Shown here: piece by piece, positions 7,915 through 18,174 of the stretch
Position numbering within the stretch: position 1 is the stretch's first letter
Layout: each line of letters begins with the position of its first letter
Virus record (IMG/VR): IMGVR_UViG_3300037423_002659
Span: 1 to 37,468 of that record
Source: a virus
Taxonomy: Duplodnaviria > Caudoviricetes
DNA length: 37,468 bases
Reading direction: 5' to 3' (one strand)
Made by a program: the position numbers and the translations under genes
The notes under the pieces: model-generated
What the model was told of the DNA's origin: nothing
Database searches by the model: none
The model's input: only the letters and a program-made list of their open reading frames with translations

Positions 7915-8286
7915 TTACCTCTGTTGGAGTTCGATCGCACTGTCGATGGTTTGAACCGACCGCTCCCAGTTCGAAATCGATCGGTCGCAGTCTTTCGTGC
8001 GCTTGCACATTTTGATGATGAACGCCTTGATCTCAGCCCACGAAGCGGCTGGCATGTGGACCATCAAAGGTCGCAATGCCCACCAGGTGTATTTTTCCTT
8101 CGTGTACGGATCGGTAAACGGATGTTCGTCGTCCACGTCGTACTCGGTGCTCGAGATCGTGTGGACGCAGTGTCCGCGATCGATATCGAGCTCCACGCAA
8201 AGCGGAACGTCGGGAGCACTCGCGCATCCGCTAAGAAGACAGACGAACGAAAGTACGAAAAGCGTCGATAACAGCTTTCTCTGCAT
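7915..8286 (-). CDS. Lipoprotein in lysis cassette (spanin-like candidate)
   Basis: Lipobox LLSGC; overlaps the upstream gene; next to the endolysin. Confidence 0.65.
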   Translation of the reverse strand: MQRKLLSTLFVLSFVCLLSGCASAPDVPLCVELDIDRGHCVHTISSTEYDVDDEHPFTDPYTKEKYTWWALRPLMVHMPAASWAEIKAFIIKMCKRTKDCDRSISNWERSVQTIDSAIELQQR

Positions 8287-8566
8287 CAGCCTTTTGCTCC
8301 GGTTTGGCGTTCTGGTTTTTTAGGGCCGCTTCGACGAACGCTCTCCCCTGCTTCGAAACGCGAAAGTCCGTGTAGAGGAAGAACATCCGCATTTCGACAT
8401 CGGCGATCAGTTCACCCAGGACGTAATTCACGAGAAGGCTTGTGAGTGGGTTGAAGAACGGAAGACGAAGAAGCGGGAGCTTGGCCACGAGCTTCTCCAT
8501 GAGCAGCCGGTGACCAAGCTCCTTGAATGTCTTCGCGATGAGATCAACGTACTCGTCGCGAGTCAT
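8231..8566 (-). CDS. Hypothetical protein, lysis region
   Basis: Tightly packed ORF with an amphipathic/hydrophobic segment. Confidence 0.65.
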   Translation of the reverse strand: MTRDEYVDLIAKTFKELGHRLLMEKLVAKLPLLRLPFFNPLTSLLVNYVLGELIADVEMRMFFLYTDFRVSKQGRAFVEAALKNQNAKPEQKADAEKAVIDAFRTFVRLSS

Positions 8567-8569
8567 TGA

Positions 8570-8815
8570 TCACTTGCCGTCGCCGTCAAGATCGAGCTTC
8601 TCGATCAGCGGAATCACCATGGGATCAAGCTGATCGTAAAAGGGCGCGACTACGTCGTCGATCTTGGTCTCGGATACCACCGCTGACTCTTTTGCCCACT
8701 GCTTAAACGCCTGGTACACCTTTGCGCCAGCATGCTCCAGCGCCTCTTCAGCGATCGGGAGGCCTGCGGCCTTCAGTTTGAGACCGAGGTCCTTCAGGTC
8801 ATACGCCTTTTCCAT
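8570..8815 (-). CDS. Hypothetical protein, lysis region
   Basis: RBS AGGAGAG, 81 aa, tightly packed. Confidence 0.7.
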   Translation of the reverse strand: MEKAYDLKDLGLKLKAAGLPIAEEALEHAGAKVYQAFKQWAKESAVVSETKIDDVVAPFYDQLDPMVIPLIEKLDLDGDGK

Positions 8816-8999
8816 CGTTTCTCTCCTTTTGGATGAGCCGCACGATCACCGCGACGGCTATTGTGGCGAAGATTGAGAGAATCGAGGAAGCACCGCCCGG
8901 ACGCTTTCGCCCGAGCCACGCTTCAAAGAGAAGAAATGGAAGCAGCATCAGAGCGTGAAACCACAAAGGCGCGTTCTGAACGCACTGAAGCTGATCCAA
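8799..8999 (-). CDS. Holin-like small membrane protein
   Basis: Two hydrophobic segments, charged C-terminus, TTG start after GAGGAG; first gene of the lysis cassette. Confidence 0.55.
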   Translation of the reverse strand: MDQLQCVQNAPLWFHALMLLPFLLFEAWLGRKRPGGASSILSIFATIAVAVIVRLIQKERNDGKGV

Positions 9000-9082
9000 G
9001 GATGCTCCTCGACCGAGGAGCCGGGATATTGCGGGTGGTTCAAGATTATGAGCCGGTCAACTCGTGGTCAACCGGCCCTAGA

Positions 9083-10705
9083 TCAGTTTCCTCGAATGAA
9101 TTTATCCCGAGCTTCTTCAGGCGGGATACGGGAGTTCGACGGAGTGGAGCTATCCGTGTCAAGCTCACTGGATGCGGCTTTCGGGAATGTTCCGTTTTCC
9201 TCAAGGCGGCGTGCCATATTCACGACGGCAGCAGAAAATGCCTTCGGATTCGTCTGAGCCAACTGCTGAAAACGAGGAGAGCGCAGCATGAGTTTTGAGA
9301 CTCGGTCCATCGCAACGGCCGATGCCTGATTCCCAAAGGCCCTGACTCCACTTGCTGCCATCTCACCTGAGACATAGCCGACCGGGCCTCCAGTGACCGC
9401 ACCCACCGCCTTTGCCCCAGCATCGCGGAGACCGAGCAGGCCACCGATAATCCCGCCTTGGTTCCCCTGCTCGCCAGCTAAGCGATTCTCGAGAGCTCGC
9501 ATCATGTCTTGGGAGGAGCCGTAATTCTTCTTCGCAGCAAGATAGCGCTCAGCCATCTCAGCGTTGGAGAGCTTCTTTGCGCCCTCTTCAACCGCATTTT
9601 CGAGCTCATCTTTTACGACACCGCTCACCTTCTGCGCGATTTCGCGACCTGGCGCTGCCATGCCTTCTTTGTAACCGTACTGTTGAAGAACCTCTTTGAG
9701 CCTCTGGGCGTCCGCGAAAGAAATCGGCTGATCGCCGCGGTTCAGAATCGTATCGAGTGTGTTCTCATACTGATTTGAAAGCCCCTGAAATAAGGGTTCA
9801 TTGCGATAGACATTACCGATCTCAGCGTCCACGCGTGTGCCGACGTCGAGCGGATTAAACGCCTTGATGCCTTGATCATCCAGAGCGTCCATGGTCTTTG
9901 AGATTGTATCCCCGGACGAATCCGCAAGGTCATTCGCACGCTCAAGCATCTTCTTGGTTCCGGACAATGGCGTTACAACTTCGTTGTCGAGGGCTGAACG
10001 ACCGACTTCACGAACACGAGCATCACCGAGCTTCTTTCTCAGTGCCTTTGTCATACCGAGCGCCGATGCAGCCCGATCTTCTGCCGCCTCAGAGAGTGCG
10101 TTTCGAGCGGCGTCAATCGCCTTCGGTGCGTACTTTGCAGTCGCCTGAGCTGCGCCTGCAAGGGCCAATCCTGTCCCTGCTCCAATCGCTGCATTCTTCG
10201 CTCTCGATCCAAGTTGAAGAGGATCAAGCTCGCCCTCTTTGTCTCCCGGATTCGCGGCGGCTCCCATCACTCCGCCCATTGCCGTCGCCGTTGCGATCTT
10301 CTTTGCCGTGGAGGCTGCCTTAGCTGCTGTTCCTCCGGGAATTGCCAAACCCGAAATCAAATTACCTGCGACATTGGCTCCACCGTAGGCGACCGGATTA
10401 TCTTCGGCGAGCTTCGTTTGACGCTTGATCCACGCATCTCTCCGCTTGACGTAATCGTCAGCGGTGTCCTCGGCTACATTGGTTCCATTGATGGCGTCGT
10501 AAAGACGCGCCAACGGCTTCTCAGCCAGCGCCTGCAAGTGAGGCGCGTAGCCCATGGTCAGTCCATTTCCAAGACCCTGTAGCGCAGCATCTCCGACCGT
10601 AGACGATCGTTCGGAAGCAGAGGGAGGTTCTGCGTCCCAACGACCGATATCAGCTACCGCGAGCTCGTCTTTGCTTGGCGGCTCTTGATCCCACGACATT
10701 GCCAT
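9083..10705 (-). CDS. Putative DNA ejection / internal virion protein
   Basis: Ala/Gly-rich helical protein with hydrophobic GA-rich stretches; last of a podovirus-type ejection cluster. Confidence 0.65.
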   Translation of the reverse strand: MAMSWDQEPPSKDELAVADIGRWDAEPPSASERSSTVGDAALQGLGNGLTMGYAPHLQALAEKPLARLYDAINGTNVAEDTADDYVKRRDAWIKRQTKLAEDNPVAYGGANVAGNLISGLAIPGGTAAKAASTAKKIATATAMGGVMGAAANPGDKEGELDPLQLGSRAKNAAIGAGTGLALAGAAQATAKYAPKAIDAARNALSEAAEDRAASALGMTKALRKKLGDARVREVGRSALDNEVVTPLSGTKKMLERANDLADSSGDTISKTMDALDDQGIKAFNPLDVGTRVDAEIGNVYRNEPLFQGLSNQYENTLDTILNRGDQPISFADAQRLKEVLQQYGYKEGMAAPGREIAQKVSGVVKDELENAVEEGAKKLSNAEMAERYLAAKKNYGSSQDMMRALENRLAGEQGNQGGIIGGLLGLRDAGAKAVGAVTGGPVGYVSGEMAASGVRAFGNQASAVAMDRVSKLMLRSPRFQQLAQTNPKAFSAAVVNMARRLEENGTFPKAASSELDTDSSTPSNSRIPPEEARDKFIRGN

Positions 10706-11775
10706 CACCTCTTTGCGGTTTGTCCAGCAGTGCGCTGGTCCTTAATTGCTTGAGCCTGCGCGGGCGCAATCCCATGTTTCTTTGCGTAGTCGAGCACGTC
10801 TTGTGCGAACTCCTGAGGAGGTGGCTGATATCCACGCACTCGGTTTTTCAATCGTTCTTGGAAGTCTCGATTGGTGTCGTCCTTGAACCTTTCAAGCTTC
10901 GTGAGAGTAGGATCTTGACCATACATCTGCGAGAAGTGGAACTGAGTCGGATCCGAGGGAATGATCTCGTCAACGATGTCGCGATCGCTTTGAGAAAGAA
11001 CACCAAGATTCTCGAGGTTCTTCTTTGTGAGAAGGAGATCCTTGCTCAACTGCTGAGCTCGAGCCACCACATCTCGATTCAAAAGCTCCGCGCCTTTTTC
11101 TTTTCGGAGTGTGATCAGCTCACTAATTTGGGAATCAAGCTTAGCTTTCTGCTCTCCAGCCTCTTTGATTTTCTTTGCATCATCCTCAGTTCTGGCGACA
11201 CCGTAGATCGTCTCAAGCTTTTTATTCTCCTCGGCTGCCTTATCCTCTTTCTTCAGCTCGCGCTCCATTTGGTACTTGCGAATATCCGCCGCATTGTCCA
11301 TCGCCTTGAGTGCCTTCTGATTCTCAAAGTTCACGCGGCTCGCAGCTTCGGTCTCCATCATCTTCCGCGGATCGATCATCTGCTCGATCTCATAGGCTGA
11401 CATCTCAGGAGCGACCTTGATACCCCAGCGAGGAGCAATTTGTTTCAACGCACGTGACTCGTTGGAGTTCGGATCCTTCTTTCTCACAAGAAGATCCTCT
11501 TGATCCTTGAGTTGCTTAGCCTCTTGCGTTTGCTTGTACGCACCATAGAGCTTCGCTTGACGATCAAAGGGATCTTGAATCGAATCAGCCATCGCTCCAG
11601 CCGATCGCGAGACAGCGGTAGACGGTGCGTTCATTTTTCCAGTGAGGAAATTCCCGAAGCTCTGCTGGCTAGAAAGCGCATCGCCAATGCCACCGGCAAG
11701 CGCGAGCCACTTCTTCTGTGAAGCAGCGTCATCTGCCTGCCGCTTGAGCTCTTCCGGATCGAAATTGAAGTCCAT
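10705..11775 (-). CDS. Putative ejection protein (356 aa from MDFNFD)
   Basis: RBS GAGGAGG before ATG 11775; coiled-coil; synteny. Confidence 0.65.
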   Translation of the reverse strand: MDFNFDPEELKRQADDAASQKKWLALAGGIGDALSSQQSFGNFLTGKMNAPSTAVSRSAGAMADSIQDPFDRQAKLYGAYKQTQEAKQLKDQEDLLVRKKDPNSNESRALKQIAPRWGIKVAPEMSAYEIEQMIDPRKMMETEAASRVNFENQKALKAMDNAADIRKYQMERELKKEDKAAEENKKLETIYGVARTEDDAKKIKEAGEQKAKLDSQISELITLRKEKGAELLNRDVVARAQQLSKDLLLTKKNLENLGVLSQSDRDIVDEIIPSDPTQFHFSQMYGQDPTLTKLERFKDDTNRDFQERLKNRVRGYQPPPQEFAQDVLDYAKKHGIAPAQAQAIKDQRTAGQTAKR

Positions 11776-11785
11776 CTTTTCCTCC

Positions 11786-12673
11786 TCAAACGTACGCCGA
11801 GTAGTCGGTATTTGATTCACCTGCGTAGCTTGGCTTCTTCTTCCCACCAGCTCCATACGCTGCGAGCCCCGCTTGAGCGGCGATTCCAGTCCACATATTG
11901 CGCTCAGCTGTGTTCGCTGCATTCTGAGCACCGTATCCGTTGGCGACTTGCGTATTCGCTCCTGCAATGCCATTGGCGCGTGTCATCTGGTTATTGAAGT
12001 TCTGCTGAGCCACGTCGCGACGGCCCTGCTGATTCGTAGCTTGGGTGTTATTGCGAAGATCCGTGTTCGCTGCGTTGGTCTGATTTCGCTGAGCCGTGTT
12101 GGCTTGGTTGAATCGGTTGATGATGTCCGTGTTCGCCTGGTTTGCCGCGAGGTCCTGGCTTCGAACACCTCCAAGCGCCGATCCGTATGCCTGCTCGTAT
12201 AAAGCTCTCTGACGAGCCGACTCCGCAGCCTGTTGAAGTGCTGCCTCGTGAGCCCGATCAGCGCCTGCCTGGTTTGCGATCTCGCGAGAAGCGAACTCGA
12301 GACCTGATCCTGCCACACCGCGAGCTGCCGCATCGGCCATTGATGCCTCTCGCCCCGCTCGAGCAGACTGCGCTCCTATTTGGCGTGCTTTATCAAAGCC
12401 AGCAGCGTCGACATCAGAAAGGCCATTATCAGCAAGCCCAGCGAGCTTTGCCAAATGATCCATCTGCCGCGATCGGATGATCGGATCTTCGCTCGTCAAC
12501 TCGTAGTTTGCGGTTTCATTTGTGTAAAGTTCGGGAGCGAGGTCTTGCCATGTGAGGTTCGGGACATCAATACCCTCATAGAGCTCACGATTCCTCGCGA
12601 GCTCCGCCATCGCCCGTTCGTCGGTGTCGTCAAAGAGTCCGCCAATGATTGGAATGCTTGTCGCGCCTGCCAT
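11786..12673 (-). CDS. Putative ejection/pilot protein
   Basis: Ala/Asn/Gln-rich, GGLF N-terminal motif; synteny after tail genes. Confidence 0.65.
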   Translation of the reverse strand: MAGATSIPIIGGLFDDTDERAMAELARNRELYEGIDVPNLTWQDLAPELYTNETANYELTSEDPIIRSRQMDHLAKLAGLADNGLSDVDAAGFDKARQIGAQSARAGREASMADAAARGVAGSGLEFASREIANQAGADRAHEAALQQAAESARQRALYEQAYGSALGGVRSQDLAANQANTDIINRFNQANTAQRNQTNAANTDLRNNTQATNQQGRRDVAQQNFNNQMTRANGIAGANTQVANGYGAQNAANTAERNMWTGIAAQAGLAAYGAGGKKKPSYAGESNTDYSAYV

Positions 12674-12674
12674 G

Positions 12675-13937
12675 TTATCCCCTCACCGAAAAACCTTGTT
12701 TTTTCCTGTCAGCAGTCGATCGGAGAATGTCCTGAATCGCATTCCACTTTCGTTCTTCCGCATCCGCAGTGTTCCCGTACTTCGTATCCTCTTGGCTGTA
12801 GAAGTCATTGAGTGCAGCACGATTGGCATCGTAGGAGCTTTGCGCTTGTGCCAACAAATTGCCCAATAGGCCTTGTCGCCCAAAATCTCGAGCCACATCC
12901 CAAGCGCCGCCGCCAACCGAGACTGGCGAGGAGTTGGCGATATCGGCCCAAGTTGCGTTGCTTGCGTTTAGACCCATGCCGTTCGGATTAATGAAGTCGT
13001 CACCAATTCCGGTGAGCCCAAGAATCTGCCTCCCGCTTTGCGAATTGAATTCATTTTGATAAGCCGATCGCGCCTGCGACTCCTGTCTTCCAATATTCGA
13101 CTCGAGTTCGTTTCCTGTGTTCCCGAGATAGTCGCGAAGTGAATTTTGATTCACTCGGTACTGCTTCTCAGCCTCAGACAGAGCGTTTGTTGTGTCAGCG
13201 ACTACTTGATCGCGATAATCACCAAGACCAGCGTACTGCTTCAGAAGAGCATCGCGAGTGTTCGCGAGATTTTCGTTGCTCACGTCGAGCTGATTTTGCA
13301 GCGCTCTGCCACCGCTGGTGAGCTGGCCCCCGGCTTTTTCCTGATAGAGGTTTCCCATCATGCGATCGAATGCATCGCGATTCTGGAGATTCTGACCATA
13401 GTTCTGCGTGTCAGCAGAAAGACTGTAGTCGAATGCGCGCGGCCCAGAGTACTGGCCCTCAAGAGCGTTTTGAAACTTTCCGATTGAATCGTTATATGCC
13501 TGCGTTTGAGCTCCGCCGTAGGTGTAGGCTTGCCCTGCCTGATCAAGCCAGGAGTTCATGTTCGACTTCACGTCATTGACACTCTCGGCGGCTTTTTGAG
13601 CCTCAGATTTCGTCGCATCCGCTTGAGACTGGACCTTCGACTTCTCCTTATCGAACTGAGAGCCGACTTTGTCCTGCAGCATCTGCGCTGAGCCCGTGTC
13701 GTCTTTGTTCGCCTGCATGTATGCCTGAATGTTCGTCCAGCCGCCAGTTCCACCTTTTCCGATCCCGGCCGTCGATACAGGTGATCCTATACCCGACGAC
13801 CCATTAATTCCGGATGCGACATAACCGGCATCGCTCGTGCCGCCCGGCTGAGCGAGTGCACTCGCCGCGGCCGGCTGCTGGTTCGCAGCTGGCTGATCCT
13901 GTAGAAGCTTATCCTCATCATCGAGAATGTATGCCAT
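12675..13937 (-). CDS. Putative virion protein
   Basis: 420 aa Gln/Asn/Gly-rich ORF within the structural operon. Confidence 0.65.
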   Translation of the reverse strand: MAYILDDEDKLLQDQPAANQQPAAASALAQPGGTSDAGYVASGINGSSGIGSPVSTAGIGKGGTGGWTNIQAYMQANKDDTGSAQMLQDKVGSQFDKEKSKVQSQADATKSEAQKAAESVNDVKSNMNSWLDQAGQAYTYGGAQTQAYNDSIGKFQNALEGQYSGPRAFDYSLSADTQNYGQNLQNRDAFDRMMGNLYQEKAGGQLTSGGRALQNQLDVSNENLANTRDALLKQYAGLGDYRDQVVADTTNALSEAEKQYRVNQNSLRDYLGNTGNELESNIGRQESQARSAYQNEFNSQSGRQILGLTGIGDDFINPNGMGLNASNATWADIANSSPVSVGGGAWDVARDFGRQGLLGNLLAQAQSSYDANRAALNDFYSQEDTKYGNTADAEERKWNAIQDILRSTADRKKQGFSVRG

Positions 13938-13941
13938 AGCG

Positions 13942-14340
13942 TTACCCCAAAAGAATGATAAGCGAGCACCACGCCTTCGTAGCCGAGGTACCGCCGTCGA
14001 AATTGAAATTTACATCGATGCTTCGATCGTCGTTTCGTGCCCACTTGAACTTGTCGACCGAGAGTCCACCTGAATCGATCGGTATGACACCCTTCACGCT
14101 CAAGTTCCGAGCCCCAGTCGGAAACGGGTTGATCGACTGATCCACATCGTGAGTGAATTGCAGTCGTACGATCTTGCAGAGCACGTTGTCCTCGAACGTC
14201 ACCCCGTTCTGAAGAGTGTTGCCGACCTTTTCAATGAACTGGTTGAGCGGGTCCAGAAGAGCATCAATCCACTTCGGAATGTCCCCTCCGCCCTTCGCCA
14301 GATCCTGTCGATCGATTCGTTTGAGCGTGCCAAGTTTCAT
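13942..14340 (-). CDS. Hypothetical tail-associated protein (from MKLGTL)
   Basis: ATGA overlap with the upstream stop; synteny. Confidence 0.65.
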   Translation of the reverse strand: MKLGTLKRIDRQDLAKGGGDIPKWIDALLDPLNQFIEKVGNTLQNGVTFEDNVLCKIVRLQFTHDVDQSINPFPTGARNLSVKGVIPIDSGGLSVDKFKWARNDDRSIDVNFNFDGGTSATKAWCSLIILLG

Positions 14341-16835
14341 CGCCCGATCCTCTCTGAGCCAGAGTTGAAGGCAAACGAGCATCCGGCGACGACAAGCTTC
14401 TTTCTTGCCTCAGTGTGTTTCACGCCAAGCGTGAGTCGCGTGCAATACTGCTTGTTCATGGGCGTGTAGGTCGGATATCCGACAGGATCATTTGAACCGC
14501 CCCACGGACTCGAACCCCATGCGGCTCCCCATCCCGACTGCGGCTCTTCAAGATCAACTTCCTCACGCTCGGAATCAAAGTTCGTCCTAAAGGTCATCGT
14601 GAGACGAGATGCTGAGTTATCGCCCATAGTGTCGTCGCTTAGAATTGCCGCCATCCAGACCTGCTTGAGCACGTCGGGTGCACCGGCCGTCCATGGCTGC
14701 CATTCAATATCCATATTCACACCAGGGTACAGCGTTGCCGCTCCCGTGGTCCACGTGCCGGGAATGTTTGAATCGACAGTCGCGCGCCAACCTACAGTGA
14801 GCGGCGTGATCTCGGTGATCACAAGATCCGTGGTGCCCTGAGAGATAACCCATCCAACCAGCGGCGTGACAACCGTCGCAATCGTGAAATCGAGTGTGTC
14901 GGTGCCGAGAGCCGATATCGTGATCGAGTACTCGGGATCGGCGAAGTCTGAGTCGTCAAACGCTTTACGTTCGATGTACAGATTCGTATCCGAAGGCTTC
15001 GCGAAATACATTTTATCGACGCTTGCTTCAACTATTCCCGCAGCGAATCCATAGGTGTGCGGAACCCACGTGCGCGTGATGTAGTTGTAGACAAACGTCT
15101 GCGAAGCAACTGTTCCTGACGCACTCGAAATCGTCGAGAGGTAGTACATCCGTTCCGACTCGTACGCGATGGCCGAGGTGTAATCCTTGAGGCTCGAGTT
15201 TGTCAGAAGCGGCGTGAGAAGCTGCTCGATATCGTGCGAGACAACTTGAATGCCACTCTCGGTGATTGCCACGACACCTTGGTTTGAGAGCATGAACACC
15301 TGGTTTGCAAGCACCACCGCAGAATTCGGCGCCCGGCAATACACCGTCGTATCAACCGGGACTACCGAGAAGCTCGACGGAGTTTCACCGGTAATTCGGT
15401 AAACACCTTCTTCTTTGATCACGATGGCCGACTCGCGAAGAGCCAGAATCCGGAGGATCTCCTTGTTTGAAGGCCCCACAGGGAGCTTGTTCAAAATAGG
15501 GACATGCTCAGGCTGCTGAGACTTCGCGTAATAAACCATGTTCTTTTCGACCTGATTGGAGCTCGTCGATTTTGTGTTCGTCGACGGACTCACCGGAGGT
15601 GCAGGAAAGAACATCCCGGAGATGGCTGTGTCAGACGCTTGTAGTGTGAACGCCGATGCGCCGACACCTTTCTCCTCGATCATGATTTGACCAGGGAGCT
15701 CCTCAGGTCCCGTGAGGTAGTACGCGTAGACACTCGTGTTCGAGGCATAGCGGTTGATCACGCGTACAAATGATCGCGCAGTTGCGTCGATGTCGAATGC
15801 CGCAACGCCAGTCGCCGAAACAGCTGCCTGAGGACTTCCACCACCGGAGATGATCTCAGATGCGCCGAAGTTATAGGTCACTCCACCCAACGTGATGGTC
15901 TTGCCGCTGAGGCTGCCCGTTCCGACGAGCGTTACGAAGAGCCGCTGCTTCGTCTGGGTGTTCGCATAGAGCATGTAATTGGTCTTGTAGAGCGCAATGT
16001 CCTTACAAAGCGGCGGACGCTCGTTTGCTTGCGCGATTCCTTCCTGCGACGGGCTCGTGTAGAGCGTAGCACCTCTTAAAGTATCGACAATCGAGTCAGT
16101 GAAGGTCACATAACCAGTCGAAATGTCAGACGAGGTGAGTTCGTACTGATAAACAAGCCCCATTTCATCGCCGGAGTCGTCCGAACTCGTGCCGGAGACC
16201 TGTTCCGTGCGGAAAAACTGAATCACATCGCCTGCGGCGGCTTCGCTTGGCAGGTATTCCGTCAAAATCACGTTTCTCGCGCCACCAGCCGAGTTCGGCA
16301 CCCATAAACGCTGGCTTGGATATCCCGTGATCACGTTGTTTTGCGCATCGGTGCGCACAATCACGCTTCGATAGGCGCACTGGTAGCCGTTTGCGAGAAA
16401 TCCGGTCGCTCCCGTGAGCGTGTAGCTCGGATCGAGAGCTCGAGGAGCTCCGGCAAGGCGCCCAGCCGTGCCTGCGATGTCGGAGAAGACCTTCACACCG
16501 AGCGATGTCGTGGCATAGAGGTTTGAAAACGCCTCCACCCCTCGCATCGTCTGCCCGGAAGGTGCCGTGTATGAACCGGAGTAGCTCGAAAATGAACCAG
16601 CTCCGTCGTCATATGCGAGCACTGATCCTCGATTCACGAGAACGCGATTCTGATACGTGAGAAGCGCGAGCGCCTGGCTCGCGAGCGCAGAATAAACCTT
16701 ATGACCGCGGCGATTTTCGAGAATATTCTCTCGACGATTTACGCAGTCGTTGGCCTTCAGAAGCGCGCCTGGCGCTACTGTGAGCGGATTGTACTGGGCT
16801 ACAAGCCCTAAGCACTTCGTGATTCTGTCTTGCAC
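14337..16835 (-). CDS. Tail nozzle / tubular protein B-like (P22 gp10-like)
   Basis: 832 aa beta-rich protein following the adaptor-like gene; size and position typical. Confidence 0.7.
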   Translation of the reverse strand: MQDRITKCLGLVAQYNPLTVAPGALLKANDCVNRRENILENRRGHKVYSALASQALALLTYQNRVLVNRGSVLAYDDGAGSFSSYSGSYTAPSGQTMRGVEAFSNLYATTSLGVKVFSDIAGTAGRLAGAPRALDPSYTLTGATGFLANGYQCAYRSVIVRTDAQNNVITGYPSQRLWVPNSAGGARNVILTEYLPSEAAAGDVIQFFRTEQVSGTSSDDSGDEMGLVYQYELTSSDISTGYVTFTDSIVDTLRGATLYTSPSQEGIAQANERPPLCKDIALYKTNYMLYANTQTKQRLFVTLVGTGSLSGKTITLGGVTYNFGASEIISGGGSPQAAVSATGVAAFDIDATARSFVRVINRYASNTSVYAYYLTGPEELPGQIMIEEKGVGASAFTLQASDTAISGMFFPAPPVSPSTNTKSTSSNQVEKNMVYYAKSQQPEHVPILNKLPVGPSNKEILRILALRESAIVIKEEGVYRITGETPSSFSVVPVDTTVYCRAPNSAVVLANQVFMLSNQGVVAITESGIQVVSHDIEQLLTPLLTNSSLKDYTSAIAYESERMYYLSTISSASGTVASQTFVYNYITRTWVPHTYGFAAGIVEASVDKMYFAKPSDTNLYIERKAFDDSDFADPEYSITISALGTDTLDFTIATVVTPLVGWVISQGTTDLVITEITPLTVGWRATVDSNIPGTWTTGAATLYPGVNMDIEWQPWTAGAPDVLKQVWMAAILSDDTMGDNSASRLTMTFRTNFDSEREEVDLEEPQSGWGAAWGSSPWGGSNDPVGYPTYTPMNKQYCTRLTLGVKHTEARKKLVVAGCSFAFNSGSERIGR

Positions 16836-16886
16836 GTCTCACGAGCCTAGGAGCCGGGAACAAATCAAGCGGGTAAAAAAATCTTA

Positions 16887-17834
16887 CTATCTCTGAAACG
16901 CACTTAGGAGTCCATTTCGCGCGGAGACTCTCATCGGTGAACTCTGAACACGGTTCTTCACCATTGCGATCGCCTCAGCGCGTGCCTCTTTGAGCTCGAC
17001 CTTTGCCGCTGCGAGCTTGTTCATGTCTCCAAGAGCTGCAACGAGCCTCACGCCCATCATCTGATCAAGCACGGGATGGAACTCTTCAGGTATCATCGGG
17101 ATGTTCGAGTATCCAGCCGGACACACGTAGTCACCGATCTGAGGCTCAACTGTGCCCGCCTCGTTTGAAATCGCAGATGTCGCGACTTGGATCTGGGTCG
17201 TTGAGATCGCCGTGAGGGAGACCTGTTCCGCCCAGAGAAGGAATGGACCCGTCGCACTCACGATGTCGACCTTCGACCCCACGGACAGCGGGAAATCAAG
17301 CCCCGTGTCGGTCAGGTCCGTGTCGATCGTGATCGTAGTGGTTCCTCCAGCACTCGAGATATCGGTGATCGCAGCGCAGTTTGTCGTCGAGATGAGTCGG
17401 TTCGGCTTCCGGTAGTACTGGAAGAGCAATGATCCCGTTGCCACTTCCGGCGCAGGGCAAATCACAACCTCATCACCCGCAAAATAAAACTTCGAGGGAG
17501 TTCCGGTTGAACCAGCAAACTCATGGCGTCGGCTCGGCTCGATGCGATCTAGCGGATGCTCGGTGCCTGATGAATCGACATAAAAAAGCGCGACGAGAGT
17601 GCTCCCGATCGCTCGTGGTGGGATCGAATAGTGATCCACCCCTGCTTCAAGCGTCGACGACCTCGAGGTTAGGAAGAAATCCTCCCGAACTTTCATGAGG
17701 TCAGAGACGACCTTCAGCAGGAGCTCGTCATTGGCGATCGTAATCAGATCCGACGTCTGAAACGTGTTCTGAGAGATCGGCGCAAGTGTCCTGAGCTTTG
17801 CTCCGGCAATCCGGTCCTCAATGAAGATCGACAT
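16887..17834 (-). CDS. Head-tail adaptor / tubular protein A-like
   Basis: DLITIANDEL N-terminal helix, GTPSKFYF, IPEEFHPVL motifs seen in podovirus adaptors. Confidence 0.7.
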   Translation of the reverse strand: MSIFIEDRIAGAKLRTLAPISQNTFQTSDLITIANDELLLKVVSDLMKVREDFFLTSRSSTLEAGVDHYSIPPRAIGSTLVALFYVDSSGTEHPLDRIEPSRRHEFAGSTGTPSKFYFAGDEVVICPAPEVATGSLLFQYYRKPNRLISTTNCAAITDISSAGGTTTITIDTDLTDTGLDFPLSVGSKVDIVSATGPFLLWAEQVSLTAISTTQIQVATSAISNEAGTVEPQIGDYVCPAGYSNIPMIPEEFHPVLDQMMGVRLVAALGDMNKLAAAKVELKEARAEAIAMVKNRVQSSPMRVSARNGLLSAFQR

Positions 17835-17837
17835 GGA

Positions 17838-18173
17838 TCACATTCCTTTCGCCTTCATAAGCTTCCGCAAGCGTTCGTGCGGGAGCAATCCATCCTCATC
17901 GAGGCTCTCGCCATCGTCCTCTACAACAGGATCGTGCTCGAGTTCATCTCCTTTGAGCTCCTCGACGCCTTCGGCCGGAAGCTCATCCTGGTCTTCCTCG
18001 AGAGCTTCTTCAGACTCGTCATCGATCTTAGGATCACCCTTTTCGACCGAGAGAATCTCGAGCTTTGCTGGCTTCTTCCCGTCTGCCTTCGACTCCGCTT
18101 CCTCGCCCTCGCCCATCATGTCGAGGTCCTCAATCAGTTTGGAGAGAAGCTTATTTCTCATCGCAAGGTTCAT
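17838..18173 (-). CDS. Highly acidic hypothetical protein
   Basis: Asp/Glu-rich; RBS GGAAGGGG before ATG 18173. Confidence 0.6.
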   Translation of the reverse strand: MNLAMRNKLLSKLIEDLDMMGEGEEAESKADGKKPAKLEILSVEKGDPKIDDESEEALEEDQDELPAEGVEELKGDELEHDPVVEDDGESLDEDGLLPHERLRKLMKAKGM

Positions 18174-18174
18174 T

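Noticed and set aside
9045-9071. Sigma-70-like TTGACC...CATAAT on the minus strand
   Set aside because: Spacer is only 15 bp; cannot be supported without TSS data
11776-11973. N-terminal extension of the 422-aa ORF
   Set aside because: Overlaps the upstream gene; strong RBS supports ATG 11775
14341-14367. Possible fifth target: CTCTGGCTCAGAGAGG before ATG 14340
   Set aside because: Pairing needs several wobbles or a bulge and the gene is already translationally coupled; too weak to claim
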